From Naegleria gruberi (taxonomy: Eukaryota): a DNA stretch of 3,510 nt. Numbering within the stretch: position 1 is the first letter of the stretch; each line of letters starts with the position of its first letter. A program made the translations under genes and the position numbers. Where the stretch lies: assembly GCA_000004985.1 (NCBI GenBank), contig GG739220.1. One strand, written 5' to 3'. This document shows, one piece after another, positions 1 through 3,510 of the stretch. Under the pieces are notes generated by a model. That model did not search any database. It saw nothing but the letters and a program-made list of their open reading frames with translations, and was not told the DNA's origin.

Positions 1-56
1 TGAGTACATGTTGAGATATGGTCCACTGTACATGTTGAAAATATACATGTACCTAT
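1..56. repeat. Cluster of three palindromic ACATGT hexamers (6..11, 30..35, 45..50). They sit inside an 11-nt direct repeat gtacatgttga (4..14 and 28..38) and a palindrome tacatgta (44..51).
   Basis: Read directly. The window edge truncates the context. Confidence 0.5.
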
Positions 57-150
57 CATCATGATAAACAATAGGGAAATGTTCGGAAGTGATTTTACCT
101 GATGGAATCGACCATGCTGAACAATACTAGATTGAAAGTTTTCCAAATTA

Positions 151-525
151 TCATGTGAATCTGGCAGTGATGATGATTTTAGTGAAAATATTAAATTTCA
201 CTAAAATATTACTATTATCAGATTTATTTCCGCAAATATTACTATTATAATGATGATAAATAACAATGATGATGGTTGGTAGTTGTTCCGATGATGATGT
301 ACCAACTTGAATTTTTCCAAATAATAAAATTATTTCCAAATCATGATGAAGGATTAAATTCCAGAAATTACTAGTAATACTATTATTTAAATGATGATGA
401 GATGATGTGGTGAAATTCTTGGAGTTAATAGATGTGAAATCACTCCAAGAATCAACAGAGTCGTGATGTACCTGATGTTGATCCAATATTTTTGAAATAT
501 TTTTCCAAGTTCTTGTAGATTCCAA
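151..525 (-). CDS. Low-complexity His/Ser/Asn/Ile-rich open frame with no ATG anywhere. Either an internal exon of a minus-strand gene or a by-product of (ATGATGA)n strand asymmetry.
   Basis: The frame is open from the TAA at 550..552 down to the TGA at 151..153 (134 codons). The first track codon is TTG, and there is no Met in the entire frame. Its composition (HHH, NNS, SSS, III) derives from TGATGA/ATTATT repeats on the plus strand. Confidence 0.22.
   Translation of the reverse strand: MESTRTWKNISKILDQHQVHHDSVDSWSDFTSINSKNFTTSSHHHLNNSITSNFWNLILHHDLEIILLFGKIQVGTSSSEQLPTIIIVIYHHYNSNICGNKSDNSNILVKFNIFTKIIITARFT
160..400. repeat. Degenerate low-complexity region with multiple (A)TGATGA tracts and short direct repeats. 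These include aaatattactattat at 204..218 and 234..248, and tttccaaat(t)atcatg-tgaa at 140..161 and 333..354.
   Basis: TGATGATGA-type tracts at 168..176, 250..256, 266..275, 291..300 and 381..400. A 15-nt exact direct repeat spaced 30 nt. A ~22-nt imperfect repeat spaced 193 nt. Confidence 0.5.
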
Positions 526-564
526 ACAACTAAGAATCCGGACCGAATATTACCTAATAATTTT

Positions 565-587
565 TTATACGGGTTTATTTCGTATAA
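565..587. other. Perfect hairpin ttatacg-(ggtttattt)-cgtataa (7-bp stem, 9-nt loop).
   Basis: Inverted repeat read directly. It lies at the 5' edge of the GC-richer ORF-free block. Confidence 0.5.
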
Positions 588-836
588 CAGTCTAAATTAC
601 TTCAATTTACTGAGCTATCCATTAAATATAACCACATCATTATTGATGTTTCTCCTTTCTTTTTGGAAGAAGGTTTGTTCGAAAGTAACTTTGATTTTGC
701 GAACTAATTTATTCAACCCTTCATCCATAGCAACACGGTAGCTGATAAAGAGAAAGCTTGTCAAAAGAAGAGAACGTTGAAGTAAAGTATGCCATCACCC
801 TAGTCACCAGCAAGATCCAAAAACCTAAAGATGAAA

Positions 837-861
837 GAGAGGTTTTAAAAACCGTCCTCTC
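837..861. other. Inverted repeat gagagg-(ttttaaaaaccgt)-cctctc, nested with the near-palindrome GGTTTTAAAA(A)CC.
   Basis: 6-bp arms with a 13-nt spacer. The spacer itself is a 12/13-nt palindrome. This suits a protein-binding dyad or an RNA hairpin. Confidence 0.45.
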
Positions 862-1077
862 AAGGTGGCAACCCTAACAGCTACAACAATAGAGATTGAA
901 ACAGTTCAACAACTTTATTCTAGACCTAAGGAGGTCAATTTAGAAATAAAGGACAGCTCCTTCAAAAATTGCAACATTCAAAGATGCTAATTCTCTTAAT
1001 CTTAAACAATCTGATTCGAACAACAATTTTGGGGTAAAAGAGAGATTCTAAAGGTATTTCATTGAAGGAATATTTAT

Positions 1078-1476
1078 GTGATTGCTATCAATCAAACTGG
1101 GGAATCAATTAATGACGAGTTATCTTCAGATGAAATATTTGATTTGATATTGTCAACTTCTAATGAACAATATTCAGCTGACTCTGAATTCTATGGCTTT
1201 TCTTCTTCAAAGAGTGACCACTTCGTCCCATATCACTCATTCCATTCCAATAGCCACGAGCAAACACCAACCACCATGGATCCGGTTCTAACAACTCCAA
1301 TTCCTCCGTATCAATCAATAAGTGGCAGACTCTCATTTCCATCAACGTTGGAAAGAATTCGGCGTATCAGAAATAATTGTAGATTGGATAAAAAACGGAA
1401 TTCCAATCGATTCAGATTCCAGCCAATAGAAAAATTACTTCCAGAGGAAGTTCTCAGAAAGAGAAAATATGGATAA
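1078..1476 (+). CDS. Hypothetical ORF or exon of 132 codons. Its only plausible ATG start is 1276..1278, which would give a 66-aa basic peptide. The N-part is acidic and Ser-rich, the C-part Arg/Lys-rich.
   Basis: It is open from the TGA at 1063 to the TAA at 1474..1476. The track's 'start' at 1078 is GTG. The in-frame ATG at 1276 sits in the textbook Kozak context ccaccATGg. The C-terminus IRRIRNNCRLDKKRNSNRFRF...RKRKYG is strongly basic. No recognisable domain is present. Confidence 0.3.
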   Translation: MIAINQTGESINDELSSDEIFDLILSTSNEQYSADSEFYGFSSSKSDHFVPYHSFHSNSHEQTPTTMDPVLTTPIPPYQSISGRLSFPSTLERIRRIRNNCRLDKKRNSNRFRFQPIEKLLPEEVLRKRKYG

Positions 1477-1563
1477 GGAGAGATAGAATCCATGTTACAA
1501 ACCAAATTATAACTCATGTTCCAGTAAGGAAACAACACAATTGACAAATAACCTTCTTCCAAG

Positions 1564-1569
1564 TTTATT
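1564..1569 (-). promoter_or_regulatory. Second (distal) AATAAA poly(A) signal for the minus-strand gene.
   Basis: Plus-strand tttatt at 1564..1569, about 95 nt downstream of the stop. Confidence 0.35.
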
Positions 1570-1627
1570 GGAAAGATAGAAATGGCGGATGAGTTTCAGC
1601 TTATGGTATTAAGAATTATATTGATTC

Positions 1628-1641
1628 CGTGGCTTCCCACG
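1628..1641. other. GC hairpin cgtgg-cttc-ccacg (5-bp stem, 4-nt loop) abutting the proximal AATAAA.
   Basis: A perfect inverted repeat CGTGG/CCACG read directly. It lies in the shared 3' intergenic region between the convergent ORFs. Confidence 0.5.
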
Positions 1642-1642
1642 A

Positions 1643-1648
1643 TTTATT
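1643..1648 (-). promoter_or_regulatory. Poly(A) signal AATAAA (minus strand) 13 nt downstream of the membrane-protein stop codon.
   Basis: Plus-strand tttatt is AATAAA on the minus strand. It is immediately 3' of the TAA at 1661..1663. A second AATAAA lies at 1564..1569 on the minus strand. Confidence 0.5.
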
Positions 1649-1660
1649 TAAAGAGAGAGA

Positions 1661-3304
1661 TTAAACATGCTTCAATTCAATCGTAGAACTGCTTTCTTGT
1701 GTTTGCATGTATGAGTGTGAATTTCTTGTATTGTTCTTATCTTTACCGAGTTTCTTTACTACAAACCAAATAATTACTGCAATTAGTAGGGCAGTTAGTG
1801 GAATGAGGACTAGTAACATTAATAACCACATTAATGGATTGCTAGTTGCAGGTTTTTTGACAATTATATTTGAATTTGATGAAGAGGAGGTTGATGCAGT
1901 TTCAATTGATTTGTATTCAAGAATTGAAAGATTATATCTTAATGAAGAGCATTCACAAGTTGCTATTTGATTATTCTTGATAGAAATGGAACAATCAGTT
2001 TCCAACGATGCTGATCCAATGTTAGCACAAACATAAGTTGCCTGACTGTCGTATTGTTTCATCTCAATGTCGAATAAGTATTTCGAATAAGATTGAGGTG
2101 AAGGATCAAGTTGTAAACTATTTACAACTGAATTGATAGATATCATCTTTCCAGGTTGCTTTAAAATTGCAATGGTGTCTGTATTTTTTTGAATATTCCA
2201 TCTATACTTGATTGGTGACTTGATTGAATTGGTTTTCAAGAAAGATGAAATGTTCAATGGTAACGTGATATTTACCATCTCACTTTCGAATTTCATTCCA
2301 TTCATTTCATTCTTGAAATGCTTGTTTAGAACTGTCAAATAACTGTTAGTTTCAAACTTAAATGGTGTTTGACCAATTAAAACATTTCTCAATAAAACTT
2401 GTCCTAATAATTCAAAAGTTTCCAATAATTTTTCATTTGAAACTAAAGCCATTAAATTTTCTTGCAAATTCATAATATTTTGCAAGTTGACCAAATCGCC
2501 TCTAGACAGAACAAAGGCAGTGCTTGATTGAACTGATGCCAAAGCATCTCTCAATAAAAATAAACTAGAGTTGGCCGTTTGGTTGGAATGATATTCAGAA
2601 TTTTGTGAAATTGAATTCAATCCAAATAATAAATTTGTAATGTAATTTCTATTTGTTGATTCTGCAGCAGTTGTCATGATTTGACTGGAACCCATAAAAT
2701 CATTCAATAAATCTCTAATTAAAGATTGAATAAATTCAAAATCTTCATTGGTCCATCTACAATTACTTGTCGTAAATCCAGAATTACAAACACATTTTCC
2801 ATCTTTAAATTGTCCATTTCCATTACATAAATCTCTCTTTGAACTTATACTGTTAAATAATAAATTCATTGTTCTAGAAATGGTTGCAGTATTGAAAACA
2901 CTTCGTTGATAATCACCAACAGGAGCCAATGTTGCTATTTGGTTCCATGAGGCTGTTAACTTTTTGATTTCTGCTAAACTTTTGACAACTGGAAGAGTGA
3001 TGGTAACTTGTTTGATTGTTATGGAGCTAGATCCTGTCACTGGATCAATTACCTTGACATAAAGATCTAATTTGTTTCCAGAATTTGGCATTGGAAGTTT
3101 TTGATATAATTCTTCTGTTTTAGAAAGTGGAAAGTTGGATTTTGAAAAATCATCAATAAAACCATATTCGAAAGTATTACTATTCTGATCGTTTTGACAT
3201 TTTGGACAATTGAAAGTAAATATTGTCGTCATTGCAACACCACTCAAAGGTGACACTTGACAGTCACATGGTTTTGGTGATTTTATCCACCTCTTTCTAG
3301 ACAA
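1661..3304 (-). CDS. Single-pass (C-terminal TM) membrane glycoprotein with an EGF-like motif. The ORF runs 547 codons stop-to-stop. The first in-frame ATG is codon 25 (3230..3232). The true 5' end is uncertain and may be an upstream exon.
   Basis: Longest ORF in the window, ending in TAA at 1661..1663. It has a 26-aa hydrophobic helix LMWLLMLLVLIPLTALLIAVIIWFVV followed by KKLGKDK (stop-transfer). Five N-x-S/T sequons lie N-terminal of the TM. C160-x10-C171-x-C173-x2-G-F-x5-C182 matches the EGF signature C-x-C-x2-[GP]-[FYW]-x4-8-C. A Ser-rich stalk (TASTSSSSNSN) precedes the TM. Codon usage is coherent (GGA, AGA, CAA, AAT, TTA/TTG). AATAAA lies downstream on the same strand. Antisense frames are broken. 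Confidence 0.78.
   Translation of the reverse strand: MSRKRWIKSPKPCDCQVSPLSGVAMTTIFTFNCPKCQNDQNSNTFEYGFIDDFSKSNFPLSKTEELYQKLPMPNSGNKLDLYVKVIDPVTGSSSITIKQVTITLPVVKSLAEIKKLTASWNQIATLAPVGDYQRSVFNTATISRTMNLLFNSISSKRDLCNGNGQFKDGKCVCNSGFTTSNCRWTNEDFEFIQSLIRDLLNDFMGSSQIMTTAAESTNRNYITNLLFGLNSISQNSEYHSNQTANSSLFLLRDALASVQSSTAFVLSRGDLVNLQNIMNLQENLMALVSNEKLLETFELLGQVLLRNVLIGQTPFKFETNSYLTVLNKHFKNEMNGMKFESEMVNITLPLNISSFLKTNSIKSPIKYRWNIQKNTDTIAILKQPGKMISINSVVNSLQLDPSPQSYSKYLFDIEMKQYDSQATYVCANIGSASLETDCSISIKNNQIATCECSSLRYNLSILEYKSIETASTSSSSNSNIIVKKPATSNPLMWLLMLLVLIPLTALLIAVIIWFVVKKLGKDKNNTRNSHSYMQTQESSSTIELKHV
1757..1834 (-). other. Transmembrane helix segment of the membrane protein (residues ~491-516).
   Basis: An uninterrupted run of L/I/V/M/W/F/A encoded here. 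It is preceded by P-A-T-S-N-P and followed by the basic K-K-L-G-K-D-K. Confidence 0.7.
1949..2029 (-). other. Juxtamembrane 4-Cys module C426-x11-C438-x11-C450-x-C452. Its Cys spacing is GPS/GAIN-like, but it lacks the HL^T cleavage consensus.
   Basis: The spacing C-x11-C-x11-C-x-C sits ~38 aa before the TM and is followed by SSLRYNLSIL. It resembles the GPS Cys framework only in spacing. Confidence 0.3.
2759..2827 (-). other. EGF-like Cys motif CNGNGQFKDGKCVCNSGFTTSNC (residues 160-182).
   Basis: Direct match to the EGF-like signature-2 pattern C-x-C-x(2)-G-F-x(5)-C. Only four Cys are present, with no C1/C2 within 25 aa upstream, so this is an atypical or truncated EGF-like unit. Confidence 0.55.
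3264..3269 (-). promoter_or_regulatory. Minimal start-stop uORF (ATG-TGA) 35 nt upstream of, and out of frame with, the first in-frame ATG.
   Basis: Minus-strand ...aaaaccATGTGActgtcaag... Only relevant if transcription starts upstream and codons 1-24 are leader. Confidence 0.25.
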
Positions 3305-3510
3305 TTAAATTTAAAAATATCAAATGTTCTATTTATTATATAATAATTATCTACATAATTAGTTTTGACTGAATCGGTCTAGAAAAAAAGTTATGTTTAA
3401 AAAACTATTTCAACTTTAATATTTATTTTCTCTTTCATTTTTAAGAATTTTTAATTTTTGATACCCTAGAAAATTCTAATTTAAAATACTATATTTCATA
3501 TATTTTTTAA
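3305..3510. other. Extremely AT-rich (~15% GC by hand count) ORF-free spacer 5' of the minus-strand gene. It is either promoter/intergenic DNA or an intron.
   Basis: Only short ORFs on the minus strand (MKEKINIKVEIVF*, M*). Runs of A/T. Ends at ...ttaattgtctag|AAAGAGG, which resembles a 3' splice acceptor. Confidence 0.5.
3336..3342 (-). promoter_or_regulatory. TATA-like element (minus strand tatataataaatag). It is ~105 nt upstream of the first in-frame ATG (3232) of the membrane-protein ORF.
   Basis: TATATAA on the minus strand inside an ~15% GC tract. The spacing is compatible with a TSS near 3310 and a short leader. Confidence 0.3.

Noticed and set aside
117-176. C/D-box snoRNA-like arrangement (GTGATGA at 167..173, CTGA at 117..120, multiple RUGAUGA copies)
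   Set aside because: The box order and spacing are wrong (the D-like box precedes the C-like box on the plus strand). RUGAUGA recurs simply because of (ATGATGA)n trinucleotide repeats. There is no terminal stem.
871-933. Telomere-like hexamers (CCCTAA at ~873..878, CCTAAG at ~926..931)
   Set aside because: Single, non-tandem copies. Not an interstitial telomeric array.
927-935. Perfect Shine-Dalgarno-like TAAGGAGGT
   Set aside because: No start codon at an appropriate spacing downstream and no ORF follows. The rest of the window looks eukaryotic (AATAAA, TATA, glycoprotein architecture). Considered coincidental.
1013-1032. tRNA T-loop-like GATTCGAAC and Sm-site-like AATTTTGG
   Set aside because: I tried to build flanking T-arm and acceptor stems (for the tRNA reading) and U1/U2/U5/U6 conserved boxes (for an snRNA reading) on both strands. 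There are no complementary stems and no conserved boxes. Isolated motif matches only.
1271-1283. CCACCATGGATCC (Kozak + NcoI + BamHI) as a sign of an engineered construct or vector
   Set aside because: No other vector hallmarks (polylinker, tags, known backbone sequence) in the flanks. A 13-mer like this can occur naturally. Kept only as a note under the plus ORF.
1160-1345. 61-aa minus-strand ORF in the track
   Set aside because: It lies entirely antisense within the longer plus ORF 1078..1476. It is short, has no start context, and its composition is incoherent. Treated as an antisense shadow ORF.
1311-1562. 83-aa minus-strand ORF in the track
   Set aside because: It is antisense to the plus ORF and runs across the minus gene's distal poly(A) signal region. 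There is no supporting motif. Likely spurious.
1707-1970. 87-aa plus-strand ORF in the track
   Set aside because: It lies antisense inside the strongly supported 547-codon minus ORF, over the TM and stalk coding segment. It is a typical shadow ORF of an AT-rich coding region.
1-3510. Prokaryotic, phage or giant-virus origin (suggested by the TTG/GTG starts in the ORF track)
   Set aside because: Low coding density and no RBS in front of the main ORF. The main ORF has a eukaryotic secretory-pathway glycoprotein architecture, and AATAAA and TATA elements are present. I also looked for the mimivirus-type AAAATTGA promoter octamer upstream and did not find it. The alternative start codons are an artefact of the ORF-calling convention.

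Overview
AT-rich eukaryotic genomic DNA. By eye, coding regions run about 30-35% GC and the 3305-3510 spacer about 15% GC. AATAAA signals, a TATA-like element, long ORF-free stretches and a glycoprotein-type ORF argue against a prokaryotic origin. The ORF track's TTG and GTG 'starts' are just the first alternative start codon after a stop, not real initiators.

The dominant feature is a 547-codon minus-strand ORF (1661..3304). It encodes a single-pass membrane glycoprotein: an ectodomain with an EGF-like C-x-C-x2-G-F-x5-C signature, five N-x-S/T sequons, a juxtamembrane 4-Cys module, a Ser-rich stalk, one C-terminal TM helix and a basic, polar 31-aa tail. The ORF has no signal peptide and no ATG until codon 25, so a 5' exon is probably missing or the topology is unconventional.

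This gene converges on a weaker plus-strand ORF (1078..1476). The plus ORF has an internal textbook-Kozak ATG and a basic C-terminus. The two 3' ends are separated by 184 bp carrying minus-strand AATAAA signals and a GC hairpin.

Further 5' lie a 550-bp, GC-richer, ORF-free island with perfect hairpins and palindromes (526..1077), and a low-complexity (ATGATGA)n-rich region (151..525). The latter's only open frame, on the minus strand, contains no ATG at all. The window starts with a cluster of ACATGT palindromes inside direct repeats.

No tRNA, rRNA, CRISPR array or clearly intact mobile element could be supported. The organism could not be identified from sequence alone. AT-rich nematodes, amoebozoans and apicomplexans are all compatible. 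Nothing here amounts to a demonstrably novel system. The most check-worthy items are the membrane protein's GPS-like module and missing signal peptide, and the GC-richer non-coding island.
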